A stretch of DNA of 64,000 nucleotides from Acinetobacter sp. (GTDB lineage Bacteria; Pseudomonadota; Gammaproteobacteria; Pseudomonadales; Moraxellaceae): assembly GCF_050285345.1 (NCBI RefSeq), contig NZ_JBLZXR010000020.1, positions 1,966-65,965 of the forward strand. The letters run 5' to 3'. The position numbers and the translations under genes were made by a program. The notes under the pieces are model-generated. The model did not search any database. It saw nothing but the letters and a program-made list of their open reading frames with translations, and was not told the origin of the DNA. How positions within the stretch are numbered: the first letter of the stretch is position 1; each line of letters begins with the position of its first letter. Below, one piece after another: positions 43,623-53,718 of the stretch.

Positions 43623-43647
43623 AATCCCTCAGCGACATGACTATTAT
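43623..43647 (+). promoter_or_regulatory. Predicted promoter of repeat copy 2 (AATCCCT-12 nt-TATTAT; predicted TSS ~43655)
   Basis: -10-like TATTAT at 43642-43647, 7 nt before the conserved unit. Confidence 0.6.
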
Positions 43648-43654
43648 ATCTCTC

Positions 43655-43838
43655 AAGGGTGTTACAGAGATTGAAAAGAGTAGCATGCTGTCAGTGGTGC
43701 AAAACACGTGTACAGTACTCACCCAAAAGGTCTCGATTCAGCTTAGGACGCTATAAACCAGAAGTTTATAGGCTATAAGATCATGACTTACAAAGTGATG
43801 ATAGTTGAAGTAAACAATATTGTTTTCTCTTTCACCCT
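43655..43838 (+). ncRNA. Candidate structured ncRNA, copy 2
   Basis: 3 substitutions versus copy 1 over 43651-43831, plus a small indel in the closing-stem internal loop. Confidence 0.65.
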
Positions 43839-44002
43839 AAAAGATTTTCAAGAATAAAATTTAATAAAAATTCATTCACTAAAAACCAAGCGAATCAAAA
43901 AACAGCATTTCCTCTCATTAAAACTGATCCACGATTTTATTTTCTAATAACGTTCAACTTGTTATGTGACGACTAATATTTAACGTGTAGGTAATTGTTT
44001 TT

Positions 44003-44458
44003 ATGCGCTATATCGATCAATTAATTCAATATTGTGAGCAAGCCAAACGTACTCAACCTGAGTGTATATTTCAATTTTCCACCTTTGAACAGGTTCAGCC
44101 AAATGCACATTATATTTATGTGATTGAACAAGTCGGTGGCGATATACAGCGTAGTTTTGCAGATTTTTCGGCATTTAAGGCAAAGAAAACGCATGCCTGC
44201 GCCAAACTGAATCAACCGAGTTCGATTTTATATGTGGGTTCATCGCGTACAGGTGTTGGAAGCCGTTTGAAACAACACTTTGGTTTTGGTCCAAAATCGA
44301 CCTATGCTTTGCATTTGAATCAATGGTTTCAAGGGGAATATCAAATCACTTTAAGACAATATCCATCGACGACTACACCGCAAGTTTTACAGTTACTAGA
44401 AGATGATTTAGCGCAAAGCTTAAAACCTGCATTTGGTAAGCTGGGTGCAAATCATTAA
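44003..44458 (+). CDS. GIY-YIG nuclease superfamily protein
   Basis: YIYVIE...LYVGSS...SRLKQH...LLEDDL..SLKPAFG matches the GIY / YIG / R-x-x-x-H / catalytic Glu / P arrangement. Confidence 0.7.
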   Translation: MRYIDQLIQYCEQAKRTQPECIFQFSTFEQVQPNAHYIYVIEQVGGDIQRSFADFSAFKAKKTHACAKLNQPSSILYVGSSRTGVGSRLKQHFGFGPKSTYALHLNQWFQGEYQITLRQYPSTTTPQVLQLLEDDLAQSLKPAFGKLGANH

Positions 44459-44546
44459 TACCTCGTGTTTAAGCTTAAACGTGAAGATTGACAGCAAACC
44501 ATGCTGTTGTTATGTTGCCGACTTTCTCTCGTGATGCTGTCTGTTC

Positions 44547-45212
44547 ATGCCTTTAGATCCCCATTTTGTCTATGCACCACCTCAAGGTCCACTTCAAATT
44601 TTGTATGAAGATGCAGACTTGGTGGTGATTGAAAAACCTGCGGAACTCTTGTCAGTCCCGGGACGTTTACCTGAACATTTCGACAGTGCTTATTTTCGTG
44701 TGTTGGAAAAATATCCTGAAGCCAAGATCACCCATCGTTTAGATATGGCCACTTCAGGAATTTTGATGTTTGCCAAACATCGTGATGCTGAAGTTGCAGT
44801 CAGTAAAATGTTTCAAGCGCGCACGGTGCAGAAAAAATATGTGGCTTTGGTACAAGGCAAGCTTGAAGGTGAGGGCAGTATCGAAGTGCCATTAATTACC
44901 GATTGGGAAAATCGCCCTCGGCAAATGGTACATTTTGAATTGGGTAAACCCTCAAAAACGCTATATCGCGCGGTCAGTTATGATCCAGAGCATGATATTA
45001 CCCGTGTTGAACTAACGCCTATTACTGGACGTTCGCATCAATTACGTGTGCATATGATGCATATCGGTCATCCCATTACGGGCGATCAACTGTATCACCC
45101 CAATGCAAAACAGAGTGCTTTAGGGCGCATGGCACTGCATGCTTGTGATTTAGCCTTTACTCAGCCCTTGAGTCAACAAACGATTCATATTCACTGTACA
45201 CCTGAATTTTAA
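44547..45212 (+). CDS. RluA family pseudouridine synthase
   Basis: KPAELLSVPG; HRLDMATSG catalytic motif; TGRSHQLRVH. Confidence 0.93.
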   Translation: MPLDPHFVYAPPQGPLQILYEDADLVVIEKPAELLSVPGRLPEHFDSAYFRVLEKYPEAKITHRLDMATSGILMFAKHRDAEVAVSKMFQARTVQKKYVALVQGKLEGEGSIEVPLITDWENRPRQMVHFELGKPSKTLYRAVSYDPEHDITRVELTPITGRSHQLRVHMMHIGHPITGDQLYHPNAKQSALGRMALHACDLAFTQPLSQQTIHIHCTPEF

Positions 45213-45622
45213 TCATTTAGGTCGCATCTATTTATCAACATAAAACATGATGAATAATAATGAAGATTAAAATCCCCTGTTTGGGGGATAGGATCGATTG
45301 ATCATCTCATTTATAAATGTTGTATTAGATTGGGATAATTATAATCATAAAAATATTATTGAATGTTTAAGTGCATTTATCATCTTCATTTAATTTTATG
45401 TTGTTTATTTTGCTTTGAAATTTTTTGTCTATTTGTTTAGTTAGGTTTAATAAAAAATAATATCTTGTTTGGTTTTTTACCTTTGCTTTTGGTCGGAAAT
45501 GATTATTTTATTTAAATAAATTTGATAATATGGATACATGTTGTTTAGTTTTTAACTTTTATAATTTTTAGTTTTAATTAAAGAAGCTGTTCATTATAAA
45601 AGCCTAAATTGGGGGAGTGCAT

Positions 45623-46558
45623 ATGTTAAATATTACGTTGATCTGCCTTATCGTTATATTGGTTGTGGTGTTATCTATTTTAGTTCATCGTAAGTCTAAA
45701 CATGATCAAAATTATCGCTCACTGCAAGAAAACTTAGACCGTGCGCGAGTCAAGCTTGCAGAGACTGAGGCACAGCAAGATGATCTGAATTTTGAAATTA
45801 GTCAATTGCGTATTCAAAATAGCGGGCTGAAAGTTCAAATCGATAAAGTGAAGAAATACCAAGATATTGTCGATATTGAACAATATGTTGAGCATCGTAC
45901 TTTACAGGCCAATGGCTTGCTTGAAGTGACTAAAATTAATGCAGATATCATGTTGCAAGATTTGAAGGCTCAGATTGCACAAGTTCGTCAGTATTTACAG
46001 CACTTTCAACAACAGGTAGAACAGCAGACTCAGGAAAATGCACGCACAGAATTAAAAGGGCTGTATAACCAAGTGATCGGTCAACATCAACTCGAACAAA
46101 CTTCTCAAGCCTTACAGCATAAAATTCAAGGTTATAAAGACAAATTCTTTTTGTCTATCCCAAGTTTGCTGGATCAATTGATTGAGGGTTTTGATGAGCA
46201 TGCTGCGGCACAAAGTTTGTTGGCGATCCGTTGCAAAATGATTGATGTTATTGAGCAACAGGCAACAGCTACCTGTAATTATGTTGATGAAGACCGTCGT
46301 CGTGCCTCAATCCAGTTGTTTACCTTGGTTTTTAATAGTCGTGCAGATTTATATTTGGCTCAATTGACCTTAGATAACTTGGGCGAATTGATCCAAGCTT
46401 TAAAAGATGACTTTATTTTGCTGAATATGCATGGGGCACATTTTAGTCAGGCTCAACTTTTTGAAAGCTATCGCGATTTACGTTTGGAAGAACTAAAAAT
46501 GGCGGCGATCTTGCTACAATTAAAACAAAACAGCAGTGTCATGAGGACTGCAGTCTAA
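45623..46558 (+). CDS. Membrane-anchored coiled-coil protein ending in a DUF4041-like domain
   Basis: N-terminal TM; coiled coil; FNSRAD...DNLGELIQALKDDF..LN..G..F..A...Y..LRLEEL. Confidence 0.6.
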   Translation: MLNITLICLIVILVVVLSILVHRKSKHDQNYRSLQENLDRARVKLAETEAQQDDLNFEISQLRIQNSGLKVQIDKVKKYQDIVDIEQYVEHRTLQANGLLEVTKINADIMLQDLKAQIAQVRQYLQHFQQQVEQQTQENARTELKGLYNQVIGQHQLEQTSQALQHKIQGYKDKFFLSIPSLLDQLIEGFDEHAAAQSLLAIRCKMIDVIEQQATATCNYVDEDRRRASIQLFTLVFNSRADLYLAQLTLDNLGELIQALKDDFILLNMHGAHFSQAQLFESYRDLRLEELKMAAILLQLKQNSSVMRTAV

Positions 46559-46699
46559 ACAATGATACTTGAAGTAAAAAGGGCCATGCATTCAATGGTC
46601 TTTTTATGCTGAAAAATTCATTTTAATGCTGCAAATTGCCACAATTATCCGTTAATCTATCCAAACAGAATAAAATTGATGAACCATAAGGAAAGCAGC

Positions 46700-47083
46700 A
46701 TGTCGCGTGATTTTAAACAGTTTCCCGATGATGATAACGGTAATGTGCTTTGGCAAATGCAGGAAGACGGAGACGATCTAACTGTACCGCATGAAATTGA
46801 ATATTCAATTGCATTTTCGACTCAAGAGCTTGCAGAACAATGTGCTTTATATTTATTGAAAGAAGAGCAAAAAATTTCACTGTTCCAAGATGAAGAATCC
46901 GACCGTGTGGAATGGATTATTACCATTTATGTCTATATGGAACCGGACTATGAAGACGTTGTTGATTTAGAGCAATGGTTTATCAAAATTGCCGAACAAC
47001 ATTCTGGTGAATATGATGGTTGGGGTTGCATGGCCTATATCTATGAAGATGATGATTTGGATGATGAAGAACAATTAAGCTAA
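46700..47083 (+). CDS. Ribonuclease E inhibitor RraB-like protein
   Basis: EDGDDLTVPHEIEY; GEYDGWG; acidic tail. Confidence 0.85.
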   Translation: MSRDFKQFPDDDNGNVLWQMQEDGDDLTVPHEIEYSIAFSTQELAEQCALYLLKEEQKISLFQDEESDRVEWIITIYVYMEPDYEDVVDLEQWFIKIAEQHSGEYDGWGCMAYIYEDDDLDDEEQLS

Positions 47084-47106
47084 TGCTTTGAATGACTTAA
47101 TTCATA

Positions 47107-47150
47107 CCTTAAAAATAAACCCAGTTGTGATACTGGGTTTATTTTTAAGG
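47107..47150. terminator. 19-bp perfect-stem hairpin / terminator
   Basis: ccttaaaaataaacccagt-tgtgat-actgggtttatttttaagg. Confidence 0.75.
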
Positions 47151-47414
47151 TCGGTACAAATTACACTTTATGCCGTTGGGTTGTATTTCCTTGATCGGCT
47201 TTCAATTTATAAATATTTGATAATCATAAAAATAGAATATTCGGTAGTACACAAATTTAAACAGGCTTTAATCATGCTGAAATAGGATTTATTTCCAAAT
47301 TTGGCTATTATTTAATCATTGTGTGTTTAAGTTATCTGTTTAGTGAAGGAGTTCGCTATAAGCGGCTCAACGATGTATTTCATATTCCAAAACAATTAAA
47401 AAGGAATAAATCTA

Positions 47415-47861
47415 ATGAGCAATACAGTTCGCTTGCATCGCGTTTTTAGCGCGCCACCAGAACGGGTATTTCGGGCATTTGTCGAGCCCGATGCCTTAGT
47501 CAAATGGATGGCGCCCCATGGTTTTACCGCCCATGTTGAACATTCAGATGTTCGTTCAGGCGGTTCATATCGTATGTCATTTAAAAATTTTTCCACAGGT
47601 ATGCAGCATTCATTTCATGGGGATTATCATGAAGTGGTTGAGAATAAATTACTACGCTATACCGATCAGTTTGATGTACCAGAACTGGCTGGTGAAATTG
47701 AAGTCACAGTTGAATTGAAAGAAGTTTCAGTTGGAACTGAAGTCACGATTGTTCAAGCTGGATTACCCAGTGTGATTCCTGTCGATGCCTGCTATTTAGG
47801 TTGGCAAGAGTCTTTGCAATTATTGTCTTTTTTAGTCAATCCAGATATTCCGGATGAATAG
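47415..47861 (+). CDS. SRPBCC/AHSA1 family protein
   Basis: RVFSAPPERVFRAF; DVRSGGSYRM; GWQESL. Confidence 0.9.
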   Translation: MSNTVRLHRVFSAPPERVFRAFVEPDALVKWMAPHGFTAHVEHSDVRSGGSYRMSFKNFSTGMQHSFHGDYHEVVENKLLRYTDQFDVPELAGEIEVTVELKEVSVGTEVTIVQAGLPSVIPVDACYLGWQESLQLLSFLVNPDIPDE

Positions 47862-47899
47862 AAATTGATAATAAGCCCTGTGATGGAGGACAATAAAAG

Positions 47900-48259
47900 A
47901 TGTCTATTCAAATTAAAAGAATTTATGACGATATAACAAGTAGCGATGGTACTCGTGTTCTAGTTGATCGCTTATGGCCACGCGGTGTGAGTAAGGCTTC
48001 GGCGCATTTAGACCTGTGGCCAAAAGAGCTCACGCCATCCACTGAGCTGCGCCGTTGGTATCATCAAGATGCAGCGATGGATGAGCGTTGGACTGAGTTT
48101 AAGCGACGCTATTTACAAGAGTTAAAAACGCATCAGGATGGTTTGGAGGAATTACGTCAGTTAGCACAAGATGAAGAATTAACCTTGCTCACAGCAGCAA
48201 AAAATATGAAGCAAAATCATGCGCATATCTTGAAAGCTGTCTTAAGTGAGAAAAAGTAA
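47900..48259 (+). CDS. DUF488 (YeaO-like) protein
   Basis: IKRIYD; RVLVDRLWPRGVSK; PSTELRRWY; NHA. Confidence 0.92.
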   Translation: MSIQIKRIYDDITSSDGTRVLVDRLWPRGVSKASAHLDLWPKELTPSTELRRWYHQDAAMDERWTEFKRRYLQELKTHQDGLEELRQLAQDEELTLLTAAKNMKQNHAHILKAVLSEKK

Positions 48260-48418
48260 AACTTTAAGATTTGTTATCATCCCTACATTTTGAATATTGT
48301 TAACGCTAAATAGTAAAAACCTTATTTAAAATAAGGTTTTCAGCTCATAACATCAGGATCAATGTTATATTAGGATCTTTATGGCATTTATGCGCCATTT
48401 ATTTTTTTGAGGTCTTTT

Positions 48419-48760
48419 ATGTCTTTACCAAATTGTCCCCAATGTAACTCAGAATATACTTATAACGATGGTGATTTACTGATTTGTCCTGAATGTTCAC
48501 ATGAATGGCGTGAGGGTGAACTCGCGGCAGAAGAACAGGTTGTGATTAAGGATGCCCATGGCAATGTATTGGCCGATGGCGATACCGTAACTGTGGTTAA
48601 GGATTTGAAAATTAAAGGTTCATCTTCAGTCGTGAAGGTTGGAACCAAAGTGAAAAATATTCGACTTTTGCTTGATGCCGCTGATGGACATGATATTGAT
48701 TGTAAAATCGATGGCGTTGGTGCTATGAAATTAAAATCTGAATATGTGAAAAAAGTTTAA
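48419..48760 (+). CDS. PhnA/YjdM zinc-ribbon protein
   Basis: [38 protein letters not shown]. Confidence 0.92.
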   Translation: MSLPNCPQCNSEYTYNDGDLLICPECSHEWREGELAAEEQVVIKDAHGNVLADGDTVTVVKDLKIKGSSSVVKVGTKVKNIRLLLDAADGHDIDCKIDGVGAMKLKSEYVKKV

Positions 48761-48971
48761 TCTGAATTAGACTTTTTTAATGCAATGATTGAGATCTACC
48801 TAAACACGGCGCTGCTTGGTTTAGGTAGGTTTTTAGATTGAGTTTATTTTGAGGCTAGGTCAATTTTAGTTTAAGTCGATTTAAAAATAAGAAGAAGCTT
48901 TAAGGTAAAATAGAGTCTTTTGCTTGCTCAAGGCATAATATAAAAATACTTTTTCAAATGGTCTTTTAACC

Positions 48972-49364
48972 ATGCCTCATATTCATGTGGAATATTCAGA
49001 TAATCTTGAAATTCAAGCACGACCATTACTTAAAGCGTTGAACAGTGCTTTATTTGCAACGGGATATATAAACTCCATCCATGACATTAAAAGCCGAGCA
49101 GTTATACAACATGAGTTTGTGGTTGGTTTGGATGATCAATCAACCCAAGCCTATGTGCATACGAAAGTTTCATTGCTGACCGGACGCAGTATTGAAGTTC
49201 AAAAACAGATCTCCACAGTTTTACTGCAAGTATTACAGCAATATGTAAAAAGTACTGTAGATTTACAGCTGTGTGTTGAAATACAAGAAATGAACAAGCA
49301 AACCTATTCTAAGGTGTTCGTGAGCACAAAAAACCATAATGATGTAGATATGTCTGTGCAATAA
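48972..49364 (+). CDS. 5-carboxymethyl-2-hydroxymuconate isomerase family (tautomerase superfamily)
   Basis: N-terminal catalytic Pro, PHIHVEYSDN; IKSRA; LLTGR. Confidence 0.85.
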   Translation: MPHIHVEYSDNLEIQARPLLKALNSALFATGYINSIHDIKSRAVIQHEFVVGLDDQSTQAYVHTKVSLLTGRSIEVQKQISTVLLQVLQQYVKSTVDLQLCVEIQEMNKQTYSKVFVSTKNHNDVDMSVQ

Positions 49365-49606
49365 CCACAGTGAATTGAAATTAAGATAAACAACCAGCAC
49401 CGTCCGGTTTTTTTGTTGACAGCATTTTATTTGTTTTATTCAAAATAATTTCTTAATTATTTTACTTGTAATTTTGTGTCGTGATTAAAAATGCTATTGA
49501 AAAATGTGACGTGGTTCATTTATATTCGAGCAATCGGGATGATTTTTAAACAATAAATCCTGATGAAAAATAAGAGCTAAAAACAACGATTAATAAGGGG
49601 ATACGC

Positions 49607-49942
49607 ATGGCAGGTTGGTACGAAATGAGTCAATCAAATGATCAGCAATACCGTTTTGTGCTAAAAGCGGGAAATGGCGAAATTATTTTAACCAGTGAGC
49701 TTTATAAGGCCAAAGCCTCTGCACAGAATGGAATTGAATCTGTGCAAAAAAATAGTGTGGATGATCGTCGTTTTGAACGGTTGACGGCCAAAAATGGCAA
49801 GCCATATTTTAATTTGAAAGCGGCCAATCATCAGATTATTGGAATCAGCCAATTTTATGGCTCTGAGCAATCGCGCGACAAAGGTATTGAGTCGGTGAAA
49901 AGTAATGGGTCGAGTACGCAAATTAAAGACTTAACCAGTTAA
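49607..49942 (+). CDS. YegP/DUF1508 family protein
   Basis: Two repeats: F.LKA.N..II..S..Y......GIESV. Confidence 0.92.
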   Translation: MAGWYEMSQSNDQQYRFVLKAGNGEIILTSELYKAKASAQNGIESVQKNSVDDRRFERLTAKNGKPYFNLKAANHQIIGISQFYGSEQSRDKGIESVKSNGSSTQIKDLTS

Positions 49943-50090
49943 AGATTTAGCCAACTAAAAATGACACAACTAAAGAGACCAATAAGACAGTTGGCACGGT
50001 GTGGATTGGCATTTGCAACGTATGGGGGAAGAGTTCTGTGTCGGGATGAAATATTTTTGAATGATATAGGTGCTTGAAAAGGTGGCAAAG

Positions 50091-50543
50091 ATGCAGAGCA
50101 AAATCAAGATTTTTGGGGATCAGCAAGCAGGGGAAGAAATACAACAGTTTTTAGCACGTTGGGATGAGGTGATTTGTCAGTTAAATATTCAAAATATTGC
50201 TGAACTTTGTGCAGCTGATGTGTGTTTTTTTGATGTCAGTTGTGAAATGCAAAGCTTGATGGCCTATCAAAAAATGTGGGAACGTTATCAGAATTATTTT
50301 CGGGAAGGGTTAAAAGTGTATCGCCGTGATTTGGTCATACATGCTGATTCAACCTTGGCCTTTGTGCACTGTTATTCAAAGATTGATAATCTGAATGGAA
50401 TTGCAACGCCAAGCATCACATGGTGTCGTACAACGATTGCATTACGTAAAATCCAATCACAATGGAAAATTGTGCATCAACACATTTCTGTCCCTGTTGA
50501 TGTGGTAACTCATCGTAGTAAGCCGCTGACATTTTCTTGCTGA
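50091..50543 (+). CDS. SnoaL/NTF2-like (YybH family) protein
   Basis: DVCFFDV; RTT.ALRK...WKIVHQHISVP. Confidence 0.85.
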   Translation: MQSKIKIFGDQQAGEEIQQFLARWDEVICQLNIQNIAELCAADVCFFDVSCEMQSLMAYQKMWERYQNYFREGLKVYRRDLVIHADSTLAFVHCYSKIDNLNGIATPSITWCRTTIALRKIQSQWKIVHQHISVPVDVVTHRSKPLTFSC

Positions 50544-50759
50544 TGTCTCAGTTGATAAAAAGAACTGGCAATTGATAAAAAACACTGGCTATGCATGTAA
50601 TACAAGCCAGCAATGTTGAAAATAGTAAATTTAAGAAATGAAAAAAAATCTATCAACCTGATGGTTTTTTAGCATAAAAATAGATGGACCATTTGAGGTT
50701 GGAGTTTCCTGTTCAACAGATTTAAGATGGAGTAAAGATCATGTTTAAGGGCCAAGGAC

Positions 50760-51812
50760 GTGAAAAATAAGCAAGTCATCTGGCAGATCTTATTCGGCCT
50801 TACTGCTGTTTCTTCGAGTATTTCGAGCCATGCTCAGATTCAGGGTAACTACTTTGCCCATAAAGACTGGGAAATTGCTTGTGATAATACCGGAACCTGT
50901 CGAGCTGCGGGCTATCAGTCAGATGAAGCCCATCATGCGATTTCAGTGTTGTTACAACGTGCCGCAGGTGCAGAGACACAGGTCAATGCACGGGTCAAAG
51001 TTGATCATGAGGGTGATGGTGCTGAATTAACACAACTGCAATTGCTGATTGCAGGGCAAAATCAGGGCATGGTTAAAATTGATCCAAAAACGGCTGAAGG
51101 ACAGTTAAGTCACCTGCAAACACAAAAATTGATTCAGGCATTGCAAGGGACGCAGCCGATTATCTGGACGTTAAAAAATAAACAATGGAAACTTTCAGTT
51201 CAGGGTGCGAGTGCGATATTGTTAAGGATGGATGATTTTCAAAAACGTATAGACACCGATTCCGCATTGGTCAGGAAAACCACCGCTTCATCTGATCAAG
51301 TCTTGAAAGCAAAAACTATCCCAAAGATGAATATTAAAAATTACATCAAGGGTATGCAAAATCGGCATGCAATTCAGTCACCGACAACTCAGCAATTATT
51401 CTCTCAGCTTAAAAAGCAAACCAAAACTGAAGACTGCCCACAACTATTTGATGGAAACTTTTTAGCCGACGATCGTGTCATTGTGTTTCCCTTAAATCGC
51501 CAGAATGTGCTGGTCGAAGTGCCGTGTTGGCGTGGGGCATATAATGAGGGCCATGGCTATTGGGTTATGGATCGAAGTTTAAAACAGATCAAACAAACTG
51601 TAACCTTTACTGGCAGTAGTTTTAGTGAAGGACAGATTTTCTCAAACCAACGCGGTCGCGGTATTGGGGATTGCTTAAGTGTTGAGGAATGGGCGTGGAA
51701 CGGAAAAGGTTTTATCAAAACCTATAAAGCACAAACGATTTTATGCAAAGGTTTCGCAGGTGGTGCTTGGGATTTGCCGACTTTGCTGTATCGGGTGCAA
51801 CCTGAGTCTTAA
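50760..51812 (+). CDS. DUF1176 family secreted protein
   Basis: Signal peptide; HKDWEIACDNTGTCRAAGY; CWRGAYN; RGRGIGDC. Confidence 0.88.
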   Translation: MKNKQVIWQILFGLTAVSSSISSHAQIQGNYFAHKDWEIACDNTGTCRAAGYQSDEAHHAISVLLQRAAGAETQVNARVKVDHEGDGAELTQLQLLIAGQNQGMVKIDPKTAEGQLSHLQTQKLIQALQGTQPIIWTLKNKQWKLSVQGASAILLRMDDFQKRIDTDSALVRKTTASSDQVLKAKTIPKMNIKNYIKGMQNRHAIQSPTTQQLFSQLKKQTKTEDCPQLFDGNFLADDRVIVFPLNRQNVLVEVPCWRGAYNEGHGYWVMDRSLKQIKQTVTFTGSSFSEGQIFSNQRGRGIGDCLSVEEWAWNGKGFIKTYKAQTILCKGFAGGAWDLPTLLYRVQPES

Positions 51813-51891
51813 ATTTAAATATTTAATACAACGACAACGATAAAAAGCCCTGATGAGGATCAGGGCTTTTTATTTAAGGATCTTAAGCGCT

Positions 51892-52704
<813 letters not shown>

Positions 52705-52757
52705 TTAACGAACACTCGATAGCATTTTTGCCGAAGTGAATGGATAAGGGGCAGTCT

Positions 52758-53435
52758 GTGATTAAGAATATATTGATCGACCTTGATGGCACATTAACCG
52801 ACCCGAAAGTAGGGATTACCACTTCGGCACGTTATGGCTTGGCAAAAGTTGGTCATCCCATTTCAGAAGATATCAATATTGACTGGATTATTGGCCCACC
52901 ACTAAAAGCATCGTTGGCGAAAATTTTAAATGTGGATGCGCATGATGTTTTGGCTGAGCAAGCGGTAATGGGCTATCGTGAACGTTTTGCGGTGACGGGG
53001 TTATTTGAAAATAAAGTCTATGCGGGAGTGGCAGAGACTTTAGAACAATTACAACAATTGGGTTTTAAACTGTTTGTCGCGACAGCAAAACCAACTGTGT
53101 ATGCACGTCAAATTTTAGAACATTTTGACTTGGCGCAGTATTTTACCGTGATTTATGGCAGTGAGCTGAATGGCGAGCGCACCAATAAAGGCGACTTGAT
53201 TGAATATATCTTGCAACAAGAGCAGCTAAGTGCAGACGAATGTGTGATGGTCGGTGACCGTGAATATGACATCTTGGGTGCACGTCGTCATGGTATTCAG
53301 GGGGTTGCTGTCAGTTATGGTTATGGCAGTGTTGAAGAATTGAAACATGCAGCTCCTGCACAAAAAATTGCAGCATTTCCTGATTTAATTGCCTGCATCG
53401 AAAGCTTTCAACGACCCAAAGTAGCATCTTCGTAA
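52758..53435 (+). CDS. HAD-IA family hydrolase (phosphoglycolate phosphatase / 5'-nucleotidase-like)
   Basis: DLDGTL; ATAK; MVGDREYD. Confidence 0.9.
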   Translation: MIKNILIDLDGTLTDPKVGITTSARYGLAKVGHPISEDINIDWIIGPPLKASLAKILNVDAHDVLAEQAVMGYRERFAVTGLFENKVYAGVAETLEQLQQLGFKLFVATAKPTVYARQILEHFDLAQYFTVIYGSELNGERTNKGDLIEYILQQEQLSADECVMVGDREYDILGARRHGIQGVAVSYGYGSVEELKHAAPAQKIAAFPDLIACIESFQRPKVASS

Positions 53436-53718
53436 ATACTGCATAGCATGACGGGGTACAGTCGTGCCCCAAGTGTATTGCAAATTTATTTCCTGAATAG
53501 GTTGATCGAAATTCTGTTCAGCCATATTGAAAATGTGAGCGAAATTTCCCAAATCCATTAATGAAACAGAGAGATCTGTTTGAGCGATGATTTGATCGTC
53601 ATGGGTAAAGTTACATCGGTTGATCACTGATTTTCATCTAATAATTTTGTAAGCCTGCTTGTCACCGAGATATAGATTTGAAAAAATCGATGAAATAAAA
53701 CAATAAAGCTGATTGAGC

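Noticed and set aside
43067..43838. CRISPR array, retron, 6S RNA or CsrB/RsmZ identity for the duplicated unit
   Set aside because: Only two ~187-nt units with no short repeat-spacer pattern or cas genes; no reverse transcriptase; the fold is multi-branched rather than a 6S-like rod; only one GGA per copy.
47088..47285. 65-aa ORF after the rraB-like gene
   Set aside because: TTG start without SD, runs through a 19-bp hairpin, AT-rich; likely spurious.
50552..50590. Imperfect 19-bp tandem repeat ttgataaaaa..actggc
   Set aside because: Only two AT-rich copies next to a weak hairpin; not enough to call an operator or array.
53385..53627. 80-aa minus-strand ORF between the HAD gene and ltrA
   Set aside because: Overlaps the HAD 3' end, has no recognisable motif and a weak start; may be a gene remnant but cannot be supported.
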